In this document: positions 21,101 through 32,398 of the stretch, one piece after another
Layout: every line of letters begins with the position of its first letter
Numbering within the stretch: position 1 is the first letter of the stretch
The notes under the pieces: model-generated
Databases searched by the model: none
Told to the model about the DNA's origin: nothing
Seen by the model: only the letters and a program-made list of their open reading frames with translations
Origin: Candidatus Bathyarchaeota archaeon
GTDB taxonomy: Archaea; Thermoproteota; Bathyarchaeia; Bathyarchaeales; Bathycorpusculaceae
Direction of reading: 5' to 3'
Assembly: GCA_963767735.1 (NCBI GenBank)
Contig: CAVYES010000006.1
Location: 256,001-320,000 of the forward strand
DNA: 64,000 bases
Made by a program: the position numbers and the translations under genes

Positions 21101-21859
21101 ATGAGGCACGTTAAGGTTACAGCATTTGATTGTCCTGATGCTTGGTTCAAAACGTTAAACAGTATATGGAGTGAAGGCGACGTTTTTCAAGTTGGCTACG
21201 GCTCGGAAGAAACAGAAACAAAAAAGCTCAATTTAACAATAGAAATCACTCATCCTGAAAACCGTCCACTCGTTAGTGACAAAGCACCTTGCGATATGAA
21301 GTATGTGCAGTGGTATGCTTTGACTTACTTGTGGTGTGGCGAGGGAAAGCAGGATGAAACTTACACTTACGGCAGCAGGCTCCGTGAACCCGTTGATCAA
21401 GTTGAAGAAGCAATCAAAAACTACGTAAAAGAGCAACGGGACAGGCAGGTTACAATGGTTGTTAGGTTGCCAGAGGATATCTACAAAATTAATCCAAAAA
21501 CAAAGGAAAAGCATGAACCGCCCTGCTTAAGCCTGATTGACACAGAAATTCTTGAGGGGAAAATGCATTTAACCTGCTACTTCCGCTCTTGGGATGCTTA
21601 CGCTGGTTTGCCAGCCAACATTGCAGGTTTGCAGCTTTTCAATGAGGCGTTCGTTTCTGAGATTAATGAGCGTGGAAATCTTTCTTTGAAAACTGGTAAA
21701 CTGATTTTCCATTCAAAGAACTGTCATATTTATCATCGCCAATTCAACCTTGTTAAGGAACTCTTTGAGCCTAAGGATAGTTCTAAGAATACTCGGATCG
21801 CAAAAACCATGCAAGAAGTCGAAAAACAAGAGCCAGCAAATACTGTGGAAAAGACTTGA
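21101..21859 (+). CDS. thyA: Archaeal thymidylate synthase (ThyA-like)
   Basis: YTYGSRL, catalytic PPC, FRSWD, PAN and HIY. Confidence 0.8.
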   Translation: MRHVKVTAFDCPDAWFKTLNSIWSEGDVFQVGYGSEETETKKLNLTIEITHPENRPLVSDKAPCDMKYVQWYALTYLWCGEGKQDETYTYGSRLREPVDQVEEAIKNYVKEQRDRQVTMVVRLPEDIYKINPKTKEKHEPPCLSLIDTEILEGKMHLTCYFRSWDAYAGLPANIAGLQLFNEAFVSEINERGNLSLKTGKLIFHSKNCHIYHRQFNLVKELFEPKDSSKNTRIAKTMQEVEKQEPANTVEKT

Positions 21860-21937
21860 TGATTTATAACTTTACAAATATTTCTGATGACAATATTTTA
21901 TAGTTTCTGCAGCATTACTATTCTTAAGGGGAAAAAT

Positions 21938-22450
21938 ATGGGCCACTCAGCCACATGGAAAGTTTTGGAGGACTTGATGATAGAGCTTCGCACAAACGGG
22001 GTCACTATATTACCCGAAGTTCTTTCTGATTTAAAAAGCGCTAAGTTTATGATTAAACTTTCAGAGCAAGAAGGTAACTGGGGAGAGGCATCGCAGAAAG
22101 TTGAAGAGTACCTTGGAAGTGTTGAATCGTACCTTATTACTGAAGCACAAAAAAGTTTGAACCCTGAAATAATTGATCATTGGCTTGTTCGCTTGGAGGA
22201 AGCTAACGCAGAAACTTGCGAAAAGCAAGTAGATGAAGAAAACCTATTTATCACGGGCGTTCCTCGAGACCAAAAATGGGTCAGAGTTGAACCCATAGGC
22301 AATTTGCCAACCGAGCGAATACTGCAGATCGCAAAAGAGCGCCATCTCTCGGTCAACCCGCAAAAGGATGGGCGCCTAGTTGTCTACGGTCAACAAGAAG
22401 GCATCAAAGACTTCCTCAAAAAAATGACTGCAGAAACAGCAAAAAAATAA
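21938..22450 (+). CDS. DUF2096-like conserved archaeal protein
   Basis: WKVLEDLMIEL..DLKSAK and TGVPRDQKWVRV; ATG 21938 lies within ORF 21887-22450. Confidence 0.65.
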   Translation: MGHSATWKVLEDLMIELRTNGVTILPEVLSDLKSAKFMIKLSEQEGNWGEASQKVEEYLGSVESYLITEAQKSLNPEIIDHWLVRLEEANAETCEKQVDEENLFITGVPRDQKWVRVEPIGNLPTERILQIAKERHLSVNPQKDGRLVVYGQQEGIKDFLKKMTAETAKK

Positions 22451-22550
22451 ATGCGTGGTAACCTTCCCTAAAAACTCGAGTCCATCTTAGAAAATGATTT
22501 ATACTAAAGATTTTTATGAAATCGTTTACACATGTAAATGGTGAAAGGTT

Positions 22551-22796
22551 ATGAAGTTTGCTGAGATTGCTGTTTTGCTGAGGGAAATTGTTGACAGTTG
22601 CCCAAGTCTAGATGGAGCCACCATCGCTTTGATACCTCAGAGAGCCATGTACCCCTTGTATCAGGGGTATCACATTAATATTAAGGCGAATCTCTCGAAG
22701 GAAAGCATGAGTTGCCTAAGAAAAATAGTGGAAGGACACGACTTAGTGATGCAAATAAAGTCGGATTCAGTAATAGTCTATGAAACTCGATCATGA
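22551..22796 (+). CDS. Hypothetical protein
   Basis: 81-aa ORF with GGTGA upstream and a T-rich terminator after. Confidence 0.6.
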   Translation: MKFAEIAVLLREIVDSCPSLDGATIALIPQRAMYPLYQGYHINIKANLSKESMSCLRKIVEGHDLVMQIKSDSVIVYETRS

Positions 22797-22888
22797 CAAA
22801 ATCTTTTTTGTTTATTTTTTGTCATTTTTTAGGGTTTTGTTTCGATATGTTTTTTACGATAAGTCGCTAGTGAGTACTGGGAACCATT

Positions 22889-24133
22889 TTGGTAAGACTC
22901 AAAGGATTCCAAAAATTAACGTTAACTGACCAAGCACTGCAAAGCTGGCTGGCGGCGTTGCAAATTGGACCGTCCAAAGCTGCCACGGTATCTTTGCAGG
23001 ATGCTTTAGGTCGCGTTTTAGCCCAAGACTTAGTTGCCCAAGAAGACTTACCGAGGTTTGACAAGTCAGCCATGGATGGGTATGCAGTAAAATCCGCTAA
23101 CACAATTGGTGCTTCGCAATCTAAACCAACAACCTTCCAATTAACGGAAAACCAGGAAATAACCGATAAGCAGGTCAAGCAGGTTTGGACAGGAAACCCC
23201 ATCCCCAAAGGTGCGGATGCAGTGGTTATGCTTGAGGACATTAAGAAACGAGAGAAGGCTCTGGAAGTTTGGAGCCAACTTGCCCCTGGAGCCAACGTTG
23301 CCAAGATAGGTGAGGACCTTAAAAAAGGCTCAATCATCGCTAAGGCTGGCACACGATTGAACCCTTACCACATAGGATTAGCTGCTGCATTAGGATACAG
23401 TCAACTAAAAGTTGCGGAGAAACCGAAAATTGCCATTTTAGCCACAGGAAATGAACTTGCGGAAGTCGGCACGCAGCTTTCTGGAAGCCTCATTTATGAT
23501 TCAAACAAAATTATGATTTCTGCCATGTGCACAGAATTGGGTGCAGAAGCAACTGATTGCGGCATAGCCAAAGATAACGTAGATGAAATCGCCGTAAAAA
23601 TCCAAAATGCCCTCAAGACACACGATGCAGTAATCACTACTGGCGGGACAAGTGTTGGGGGATTAGACTTGGTGCCCGATGCAGTTAACAAGCTTGGAAA
23701 ACCCGGGGTGATAGTTCACGGTGTTGCACTTAGACCAGCGATGCCGACAGCCCTTGGTATGTTGGAGGGTAAGCCCGTTTTGATTTTGTCAGGTAACCCA
23801 GTGGCTGCAATAGTTGGTTTTGAAGTGTTCGGTAGACCGATGATTTGCCGGTTGCTTGGAATGAGCAAAACAGAGCCAAGGCCAATGTTGAAAGCTACTT
23901 TGGCAAAGAGGATTGCTAGTGCGCTTGGAAGAAAAACTTACGTTCGGGTCCGTGTGATTTTGAAGGGCGGCGACGAGTTTTATGCTGAGCCAGTTAGCGC
24001 GAAAGGTTCAGGGTCAATATCTACCATGACTCAGAGCAACGGTTTCGTAGCCGTGCCAGAGAATCGTGAAGGCGTAAGCGAAGGCGAAACTGTGATAGTT
24101 CATGTGTTTGGGAGTTTGGAGGTTGTGAACTGA
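22889..24133 (+). CDS. moeA: Molybdopterin molybdotransferase MoeA
   Basis: ALGRVLA, SAMDGYAV, TGNEL, TGGTSVG and LSGNP. Confidence 0.95.
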   Translation: MVRLKGFQKLTLTDQALQSWLAALQIGPSKAATVSLQDALGRVLAQDLVAQEDLPRFDKSAMDGYAVKSANTIGASQSKPTTFQLTENQEITDKQVKQVWTGNPIPKGADAVVMLEDIKKREKALEVWSQLAPGANVAKIGEDLKKGSIIAKAGTRLNPYHIGLAAALGYSQLKVAEKPKIAILATGNELAEVGTQLSGSLIYDSNKIMISAMCTELGAEATDCGIAKDNVDEIAVKIQNALKTHDAVITTGGTSVGGLDLVPDAVNKLGKPGVIVHGVALRPAMPTALGMLEGKPVLILSGNPVAAIVGFEVFGRPMICRLLGMSKTEPRPMLKATLAKRIASALGRKTYVRVRVILKGGDEFYAEPVSAKGSGSISTMTQSNGFVAVPENREGVSEGETVIVHVFGSLEVVN

Positions 24134-25384
24134 GTGTTTAGGAAGCTTATGACGTTTGATGAGGCGCAGAAAGCTATTGGAGACCATTTTGTGCCTGCTG
24201 TTTTAGGTGAAGAAGAGGCTGTGCTGCTTGAAGCTTACAATCGTGTTCTAAGTGAAGACGTGGTTTCAACGCTTGATATTCCACCGTTTAACCGTTCAAC
24301 CGTTGACGGCTACGCTGTCCGTGCCGAGGACACTTTTGGAGCAGAAGAAAACCAACCTGTAACCCTGAAAGTTTGCGGCATCGTGAACATTGGGGAGCAG
24401 CCAAAAGTGGTCCTAGCGAAAGGTGAAGCTGTAGAAATTGTCACCGGTGCCCCGATTCCCGAAGGAGCTAACGCCGCGGTTATGGTTGAGGACACGGAAA
24501 GAGAGGACACCGAACTGCATGTTTTCTGTCCAGTCACCGTGAACGAGAATGTCATGAAGAAGGGCTCAGACATAAAACGTGGCGAAGCGGTGCTCAAAAA
24601 AGGGCAGGTTTTGGGATCTTCAGAGATTGGCGTTTTAGCAGCTTTGGGTTTGACTACAGCTAAAGTTTCCAAAATCCCCATAGTTGCGGTTTTGTCTACA
24701 GGCGGTGAAGTGACTGAGCCCGGTAAGGTTTTGCCTGCTGGAAAAATCTATGACATTAACGCTTACAGCCTGAGCACGGCAGTGATTGAAAGCGGTGGAA
24801 AACCAGTTTACTTCGGCGTTGTTCCTGACGATAAAGCGGCTTTGTCTAAGGCTTTGCAGACTTCTTTGGCTTCAGCCGACATGGTGATTACTTCTGGCGG
24901 AGTCTCTGTTGGTCCAAGAGACTACACTCCGCAAATCGTGGATTCGCTTGGTAAGCCCGGAATAGTTGTTTACGGCATCGCGGTTAAGCCGGGGAAACCT
25001 ACGACTGTTGGGTTTGTAGGCGAGAAACCCGTTTTTTCGTTGCCTGGTCATCCCACGTCTGCTTTGCTGATTTTTTATTTGCTTGCTAGGCCCCTGATTC
25101 AGCGGTTAGCTGGCAGACCTGCGACTGGAATGACGGTGGTTAGGGCTGTTGCTGGCGCACGAATGTTTAGCGCTAAAGGCAGACGAACCTTCGTCATGGT
25201 TAAGTTGGAATTTGATAAAGATTGCCATTTGATTGCTGAACCGGTTGAAAGTGGCGCTTCTGGCGCAATTACGACTTTAGCTAAAGCTGACGGATTCGTT
25301 GAAATACCTGAGAACGAGCAATTCGTGGATGTTGATGAAGAGATTGCTGTTTTCTTATTCCGTAATGTTTCAGGTAAGGTTTAG
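24134..25384 (+). CDS. moeA: Molybdopterin molybdotransferase MoeA (second paralogue)
   Basis: STVDGYAV, TGAPIP, SGGVSVG, KPGKP and LPGHP. Confidence 0.95.
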   Translation: MFRKLMTFDEAQKAIGDHFVPAVLGEEEAVLLEAYNRVLSEDVVSTLDIPPFNRSTVDGYAVRAEDTFGAEENQPVTLKVCGIVNIGEQPKVVLAKGEAVEIVTGAPIPEGANAAVMVEDTEREDTELHVFCPVTVNENVMKKGSDIKRGEAVLKKGQVLGSSEIGVLAALGLTTAKVSKIPIVAVLSTGGEVTEPGKVLPAGKIYDINAYSLSTAVIESGGKPVYFGVVPDDKAALSKALQTSLASADMVITSGGVSVGPRDYTPQIVDSLGKPGIVVYGIAVKPGKPTTVGFVGEKPVFSLPGHPTSALLIFYLLARPLIQRLAGRPATGMTVVRAVAGARMFSAKGRRTFVMVKLEFDKDCHLIAEPVESGASGAITTLAKADGFVEIPENEQFVDVDEEIAVFLFRNVSGKV

Positions 25385-25518
25385 AATTTAAGCCGAAACA
25401 TTTGAAGTTTTTTCTTGTGAACGTTCAGTGCTATTTTAGGCTTCTTTCAATTGAAAAGATAGGTTATTTTTTCAATGTAAGAAAAAATTAAATGTTGCTT
25501 TCTAAATGCTTGTTAAAT

Positions 25519-25875
25519 TTATCTTCTCCTTGCCAACAGGAGGTATCCTGCAAATATGAATGTGAGAGCTGCGTAAACAGTCATGCTTATGCCAATTAGT
25601 GCATTGCTGAATCCTGCGATGACTAAGGTGTAGATTGAAAAGGTTGCTGCACCAGCAAATAAGACGAATAGTATCCAAGGTGCCCAAGCTCTTTTTGTAA
25701 AGATGCCATAATCAGTTATCAAGCTAAGGATGCCGACTAAAGCAAGCTGCGGCGGGAACCCAGTGAAGGGCAGAAAAACCAAAAGGATTATTCCGCTGAT
25801 GGCATAGAAGGCTATTGCTGCTATTTCTATGCGGCTGAAATTTTTTAGTCTAGATACCATTGACGCTAAAGACAC
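25519..25875 (-). CDS. Small 4-TM membrane protein
   Basis: 118 aa with four hydrophobic segments. Confidence 0.65.
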   Translation of the reverse strand: MSLASMVSRLKNFSRIEIAAIAFYAISGIILLVFLPFTGFPPQLALVGILSLITDYGIFTKRAWAPWILFVLFAGAATFSIYTLVIAGFSNALIGISMTVYAALTFIFAGYLLLARRR

Positions 25876-25992
25876 TTTTTGCTCGCCTTTACCCTATGCA
25901 GTAGAGGTTTAATTAATAAATTTAATGCATTGATTGAGCGAAAAAGTTTAGAGCAAGCGCAGGTGAATACCAAGAGAGGATTGAAATTACCT

Positions 25993-26891
25993 ATGAGTTA
26001 TCTTGAACTGTTCACTTCGCAAACTAACGTTTTCAGTGGTGTGCAAAAGTCGTTTGAAGAAGCACGATACGTGATTTTCGGTGCGCCCTTTGATGCGACA
26101 AGCACGTATCGGAGCGGTGCAAGGTTTGCTCCGCAGGCAATTAGGCAGGCGTCTTTGAATATTGAAACATACAGTTTTCGCAGCAGAATTGACGTTGAAG
26201 ATTTAGCTCTGCATGACGCTGGCGACTTGGATGTATCTGTGGATGCCCAGAGGACCCTGGATATGACTAGGCTTGTGGTTGCGGATATTTTGGCTGCTGG
26301 CAAGGTGCCTGTGGCTTTAGGTGGAGAACACACGATTACGCTTGGGCTTGCGAAGGGTTTAGGCGCAAAAGCGGCGAAAACGGCGGTGGTAAGTTTTGAT
26401 GCGCATTTGGATTTGCGATGCGAATTTTTAGGTTCAACCCTGTCCCACACGACGTTTATGCAACAAATAAGTGAGGAAGTGAAGCCCGCGAAAATCTTTG
26501 AGGTCGGCACACGCTCAGCATGCAAGGAAGAATTGGCATATGCCAATAAGGCCGGGGTAGAGTTTTTCACTTCACAGCAAATAATCAATCAAGGTTCAAA
26601 TCGGGTTGCCGAACAGTTGAAACAGAAGCTTTTGCCTTACGAGAACGTGTATTTAACGGTGGATATGGATGTGCTTGACCCTGCGTTTGCTCCTGCAGTG
26701 CAGAACCCTGAGCCTGAAGGACTCACCACAACCGCCTTGCTAGACATTGCCTGTACTTGTGCGATAAACGCATGTTAGGCTTTGATGTAGTGGAGATTGC
26801 GCCGATTTACGACCAAGGCGTATCAGCCATTGTAGCGGCAAAGATAATCTTTGAAATGCTATGTCAACTTGAAAAATCAAGAAAAAAGTAA
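25993..26891 (+). CDS. speB: Agmatinase (frameshift near 26760)
   Basis: GGEHT, DAHLD and DMDVLDP; C-terminus GFDVVEIAP continues in another frame to TAA 26889-26891. Confidence 0.9.
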
Positions 26892-26897
26892 TCTCTA

Positions 26898-27441
26898 TTA
26901 AACCATCTTAGCAAGTTCTTCTGCCCAGATTCGGATTGCGCCAAGGTCTCTTGTGTCATAGATTCCCGGTTCTGTTTCTTTGTAGGCGGCCTCTACTCTT
27001 GATCGGTCAATTTCCATGGCTTTTTTGGCGTACCATGGCACATTGTTGTAGTTATAGATCCCGCCGAACAACCCTAAAGCCGCTGGGTGCAGATTGAACT
27101 TACCTGCTTTTTCTTCAAGATACTTCCGTTTTGCCCGCTCAACTACCTCAGGTTTATCCTTGTCAGAAGCTGAACCGCAACAGACAAAAAGCGCCACCTT
27201 CTTGTTTGCAAGCTGCTTTTGGAAGGTTTTGAGGAATTTTTCTGGTTCGCGTGTCCAATTATTGATTTGGATGCCGCTGCCAACGATGACGAGGTCAAAT
27301 GGGTTATGTCTTTGATTTTTTCTTTTTTAGCGTTAACAACTTGCGCTTGGATTCCTTTTTGCCTAAAGTATTTGCGATTTCTTCAGAGGTGCTCGCTGCT
27401 GCGCCGTAACGGGTTCCATAAACAATCAATGCTTTATTCAT
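26898..27441 (-). CDS. Flavodoxin-domain protein (HemG-like), frameshifted
   Basis: MNKALIVYGTRYGA..EEIA start at 27441, VIVGSGI, ALFVCCG, FGG and DTRD..IRIWA. Confidence 0.75.
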
Positions 27442-27453
27442 TGTTTTTCCCTC

Positions 27454-28126
27454 CTAGATGGGTTTCTTAGTTTTAATAGTTCCATATTCCAGACGTACAA
27501 TTCTGTCGGCGATTATCATGCGGATGTCATGCGTCACTATGACCACAGATTTATTATTGTTCTTGGCGAGGTCCTGGAGGATGCTGCCTATTTTTTGTCC
27601 TGTCTTCGAATCCAGATTTCCTGTCGGTTCGTCGGCCAATATTATTTTCGGGTTGTTTGCTAAGGCCCATGCAATAGACACTCTCTGTTTCTCTCCCCCG
27701 CTAGTCCGCAGGGAAGAAACCAGTCTTTCTCCCAAGCCTACGTCGGTTAACAGTTCTCTGGCTTTTGTTTTTGCTTCATTGCCTCGTGTTCCATTGAGGT
27801 TCAAAGCGATTTCAACGTTTTCTTGAGCAGTCAATGATTTTAAGAGGTTGAAGCTTTGGAAGACGAAGCCGATTTTCTTTCTCATGATTCCCGGTAGCTC
27901 TTTTTCGGGTAGATAGATTTTCTCTCCTCTATGTATATGTCTCCGCTCGTAGGGGTTAATATGAAGCCTAGCAAGGAGAGCAATCTTGTTTTTCCGCTTC
28001 CGCTTGGACCAAGATCACCAGGACTTACCCTTCGCTGACCTTCATAGACAATCTTTACCGCTTGTACCTTCTGTTATTAGAGCTAAATTCTTTGCTCAAA
28101 TTTCTAACTTTGACTACTTCATTCAT
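27454..28126 (-). pseudogene. LolD/MacB-type ABC ATPase, degraded
   Basis: GFVFQSFNLL, SGGEKQRV and DEPTGNLD are intact; 5' part (GPSGSGKT) is broken by several frameshifts and an in-frame TAA. Confidence 0.8.
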
Positions 28127-28138
28127 GCGATACATCTC

Positions 28139-29239
28139 CTATGCCCTGAATACTATCGCGGGGTCTATTTTGCCTACTTTTCGTATCGACAATAGAGAGC
28201 CCAAAACCGACAGCGTCACAGTCAAGCCGTACACGGCAACTACAGGCTGAACGGTGATTTCATAGGCAAGATGGTAACGGAAGTAATCACCAATGTGGCA
28301 GCCAATGACAATGCCAATCCAGCGATGAAGCCTATTGTTGCTGGCCAAAACGCCTGTTCAATGAGGATTTTATAGATGTCCCTCTTTGCTGCTCCTATCG
28401 CCTTGAGTGTTCCATATTCGGTATGCTTTCCATGGTCGCAGTATAGATTGTGAGCGAAACGATGGTTACTGCTACGAATAATCCGACTCCGGCAAAAACC
28501 GCAACCATCGCGCCTATCCCTGATTGATACAACATATAATTTACTGTATTTGCCCGATTTCAGAATTTGACAATGCGTTAACACCGCTTATCTGAGCAAT
28601 CTGCTTTGTAACCTGCGCTACATCTTGGGGCTGCTGAACCACGACCAGCACGTAATTCGTTTCGTTGCCGTTTAAGTTGCAGAGTTTCTGGGCGTTTTCT
28701 TCGAGGTGAAAAGCAACGGGTACAAGAATGACTTTGCGCCGCTGCATACGCCCATGATTTCTTCAGGTGAACATTAACCTAATGTTTCGCCAATCAAATT
28801 GCCCAAGCCAACGAGCGATTCATCCACAACACCGAATTATTGGCTATTTAAATTGCTGATCCTACCTGAAACAAGATTCCAAGAGTAACCGAGTTTTAGC
28901 CATGTACGCCGCCTATACGTTTGTTTTCATGCCTTAGGTATGCTGATTAAACCACGGAGTACGTTTTTCACGCCGTATTGGTTCTACTCGTTAAAAGTTT
29001 GCTGATATTGATTGTCCTTTGCAAATCCACATTCTGAGGATTAGCGCCAAATTCGCGTTTGAATGGTCTGCTATGCACCATGCTATCCCAGATCCTATAG
29101 ATTGCCTATCCAATAGGACCATTGTCGAAGGCGGTGCCGTTTGCCGAATGCTGAACGCTTTTAAGGTACTTTTTGGATTGAAGTTCAACCGAGAACGCCT
29201 TTTCTTTTTTTTCTCCATTTTTGTCTTTTCCTCAGCCAT
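28139..29239 (-). pseudogene. FtsX/MacB-type ABC permease, degraded (5' limit uncertain)
   Basis: Fragments EYGTLKAIGA..ILIEQA and KVGKIDPAIVFRA are scattered over several frames. Confidence 0.7.
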
Positions 29240-29327
29240 TTATAAGCCGCGAAGGGTGATTAGTTTTATTTGATTCAGATGCTAAGAAGTAAGCATTGAA
29301 GTCAAAATCTCAATAGGGTGCAAAAGG

Positions 29328-30075
29328 ATGGTTGAGGAGTCTGGGTTGGCAAAGTTGTTTTTTGAGTTGGCGAGTGAAAGCCGCCTTTGCATACTACGTG
29401 AGCTGCAGAAGGAAAATTTGAAGATGCAGGAAATCGCCCGCCGACTTGACGTCACTCCGACTGAAGCTTTTAGGCAGCTGGAACGGCTAAGCGCAGGTTC
29501 GCTGGTTCAGAGGCAGCCTGACGGCACATTCGCGCTTGCTGAGTATGGCAAACTGGTTCTTCAAATTTCCACTTCTTTAGATTTCATCTCAAAGCATAAG
29601 GAGTATTTTTCAACGCATGATTTGATGCGGTTTGCCCAACCAATTCGTGAACAGGTTAGGCGAGCTTGCAGGCGCAAAGTTTGAAATGGACACGGTTGAG
29701 AGCCTAAATAAGGGCGCGAAGTGGTTTACTGAGGCTAAGCAGTACGCTTGGGGTATCGGCGAAGGCACTATTCCAGAACACATGATTCCAGTAATGAATC
29801 AGCAGGTTCAACGGGGAATCCAAATCAAAATGCTTATTCCAAGGGAACTTCTCCCTGCTGTGAATCAGCCTGGAACGCCGAAAAACGTGGAAACACGAGG
29901 CTTATCCGACCTCCCTGGAATAATCGCCCTTACTGAAGAGATGGCTGGCATATGCTTCCGCCAAATTGGAGGAAGAATTGACTATGCGGGCTTTTTCGGA
30001 AGCGACCCCACATTCCACAACTGGGTTAAAGACCTATTCCAGTATTATTGGGAAAAGGGAAAAAGAGCTCCATAA
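29328..30075 (+). CDS. ArsR-type wHTH transcriptional regulator with DUF1724-like C-terminal domain (frameshift near 29630)
   Basis: LFFELASESRL..HTH; WVKDLFQYYW; two ORFs join. Confidence 0.8.
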
Positions 30076-30090
30076 TTTGTACCTGAAGGA

Positions 30091-30672
30091 ATGTGTTTGG
30101 TTAAGGAATCAGAATTAAGTGTCTTCACAATCGGGCACTCAACCAGGACCATGGACGAGTTCATTGAGTTGCTCAAAACTTACTGCGTCGCCTTGGTAGT
30201 GGATGTGCGCACCGTTCCCCGTAGCAGACATAACCCACAATTTAACAAGGAAACCCTGCCAAACACACTCAAACCAGAAGGCATAAAATACATTCATATG
30301 CCAGACATCGGCGGCTTACGGAGACCCAAACATGACTCCATAAACCTGGCATGGAAAAACAGCGGCTTTCGAGGCTACGCAGATTACATGCAGACCCAAG
30401 AGTTCACCGACAACCTGCTAAAAATCATCGCCCTCGCACGGGAGAACCGTTTAGCGTTGATGTGTGCTGAAGCGTTGCCTTGGCGATGCCACCGAAGCCT
30501 CATCTCCGACGCACTTGTCGTTCGGCACGTCAAAGTTGAACATGTCATAAGCGCAACCAGCTGCCTCAACCATCAACTCAACGAGATGGCGCATGTGGAA
30601 GGAACACAAATAACCTACCCCTTATTCACTAAAGAAACACCTCAGAGAACACTTGGCGACTTTGGAGCATAA
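30091..30672 (+). CDS. DUF488 family protein
   Basis: FTIGHS, VDVRTVPRS and LMCAEALPWRCHR. Confidence 0.9.
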   Translation: MCLVKESELSVFTIGHSTRTMDEFIELLKTYCVALVVDVRTVPRSRHNPQFNKETLPNTLKPEGIKYIHMPDIGGLRRPKHDSINLAWKNSGFRGYADYMQTQEFTDNLLKIIALARENRLALMCAEALPWRCHRSLISDALVVRHVKVEHVISATSCLNHQLNEMAHVEGTQITYPLFTKETPQRTLGDFGA

Positions 30673-30692
30673 CTTGGCTTTTTTTATTTACT

Positions 30693-32039
30693 TCATTCTT
30701 TCTGAAGCTTTGCTATGAAGAAGCCGTTGCATTGATGAAGCTGCGGATAGAGTCTTTGGCATTTTGTTAGTTCGCGTAGTCCAGGCAAGCCGATTTTAGG
30801 CTCTATTTCTGCCAAGTTGAATTCTGGGTGCCACTTTAGGAACCGCTCAATTATCATCTCATTCTCTTCCACCGTTATGCTGCATGTTGAGTAGGTTAAT
30901 GCTCCTCCGTCGGCGACTTTTTCGGCGCAGCTGCTAATCATTTTCCACTGGATTGCCGCCATTTTCTCGGCGGATTTTGGTCTGAGCCGCCATTTTGCTG
31001 AGGGTTGCTTGGCGAAGACGCCTGTGCTGGTGCATGGCGGATCCAAAATAACCAAATCCGCTTGCATGGTGAAGGGCAAAGGTTTGCATGCATCGGCAAT
31101 TACTGGCTCAGCAATTTTGGTTCCCATGCGGGCGGTTTCTTTTTTCCACACTTTCATTCTTCTATTCGAAAAATCAATTGAGCTTATGCTGCCTTCGTTA
31201 TGCATTAGCTGAGCTAAATATGTCGTTTTGGCGCCGGGTGCAGCGCAAACATCAAAAACTACGCATCCTGGTTTGGGGTCTGCGGCTTGTGCGGCGAAGC
31301 AGCTTGCTTTATCTTGAATGTAAAATAAGCCTTCTTTGTAGCTGAGTAGCGTGTTTAGGGGCTTTTTCATTTCCCCGATTTTGTAGGTGAACTTTAGCGG
31401 TTCGGCTTTTTCTGCTTTAACGCCTTCTGCCTCAAGTTTCTGCACAATTTCCTCTTCGGTTGCCATTAAAGTGTTGACTCGGATGTAGGTGGACGGCGGA
31501 GTTATGCTTCCCTCTAAGAATGCAATGGCTTCGTTGCGTCCAAAAAGCCTGTAACAGTACTTAACGAACCATGAAGGATGAAAGGTTTGCAAACTAACCC
31601 TCTCCACGTCGCTTGCCTCCTTCAGGATCGGCTCCAGCTGGCGCGTCAGCAAAAAGCCCAAAATCGGCTCAACTTCCCGTACAATTTCCCATCCCAGAAT
31701 AGACCTGCCAAGACCAGCGATGCTCTCAGCTTCCTGCATGTTAATTTTAGCCCAATTCTTGGCAACACGCGTCTGATAAACATAAAGCCGCAGAAAAGAT
31801 TGGATGCCTAAATTGTACTCGCCGATTTTTTTGGGCGCCACAACTGTGTTGACGAATTTGTCTATGAGGTTTCTGCGCCGTGTGGTTTCAACAACTAACC
31901 CGTAAGCGTAGCGGATAGCGTTGGGGTCGCTTGCGCCAAGCTGCTTGATTGTTCTTGCCAGGGCTAAGCGTTCGCTTAGTTTCTGCATCTCCATCCAGCT
32001 TAGGGTTTCAATAGCGATTGTCCAAGCATCCTTCAACAA
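30693..32039 (-). CDS. RsmB/NOP2 (Fmu) RNA m5C methyltransferase
   Basis: QDKAS, DVCAAPGAKT, DPPCTSTG, YSTCS and GFFIA. Confidence 0.93.
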   Translation of the reverse strand: MLKDAWTIAIETLSWMEMQKLSERLALARTIKQLGASDPNAIRYAYGLVVETTRRRNLIDKFVNTVVAPKKIGEYNLGIQSFLRLYVYQTRVAKNWAKINMQEAESIAGLGRSILGWEIVREVEPILGFLLTRQLEPILKEASDVERVSLQTFHPSWFVKYCYRLFGRNEAIAFLEGSITPPSTYIRVNTLMATEEEIVQKLEAEGVKAEKAEPLKFTYKIGEMKKPLNTLLSYKEGLFYIQDKASCFAAQAADPKPGCVVFDVCAAPGAKTTYLAQLMHNEGSISSIDFSNRRMKVWKKETARMGTKIAEPVIADACKPLPFTMQADLVILDPPCTSTGVFAKQPSAKWRLRPKSAEKMAAIQWKMISSCAEKVADGGALTYSTCSITVEENEMIIERFLKWHPEFNLAEIEPKIGLPGLRELTKCQRLYPQLHQCNGFFIAKLQKE

Positions 32040-32398
32040 ATTAGCTCACGCCTAAACAAGATGCACCTCTTCTAAATAAGAATTCAAATCTGTTCTTCAT
32101 GCTTTGTCAACGATAAACTTTTAACGAATCATGAACAAGCAACCTTTATTCACCATTTTTTTACCATTTTACACCTTTTCTAGCCTTTTTTCACCGCGAC
32201 ATGCAATCGATTCAAGCCCTAAACCGAAAAAGCAACTCAAAACACCCCTTTCCAAAACGGAGAAGGGTATCTATTTGTAAATGCGCTCGATCACAATATC
32301 TCTTAATAGTGTTTGTCCTGGGTTTGTAGATTGTCCGTCAGTTTGATTCCGTGTTATTTTTCGCCTATTGATTTATCGAGTTTACTAAGTATGCAACC

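Noticed and set aside
21101-21859. ThyA homologue as a DNA hypermodification enzyme
   Set aside because: Retains the dUMP-specifying Asn (PAN), sits in a housekeeping context and has no modification genes nearby
22889-25384. Tandem moeA duplication
   Set aside because: Two MoeA paralogues are common in archaea
32204-32270. Hairpin ACCCCTTTCC-aaaac-GGAGAAGGGT as an ORB or ncRNA
   Set aside because: Single imperfect hairpin with no second copy found
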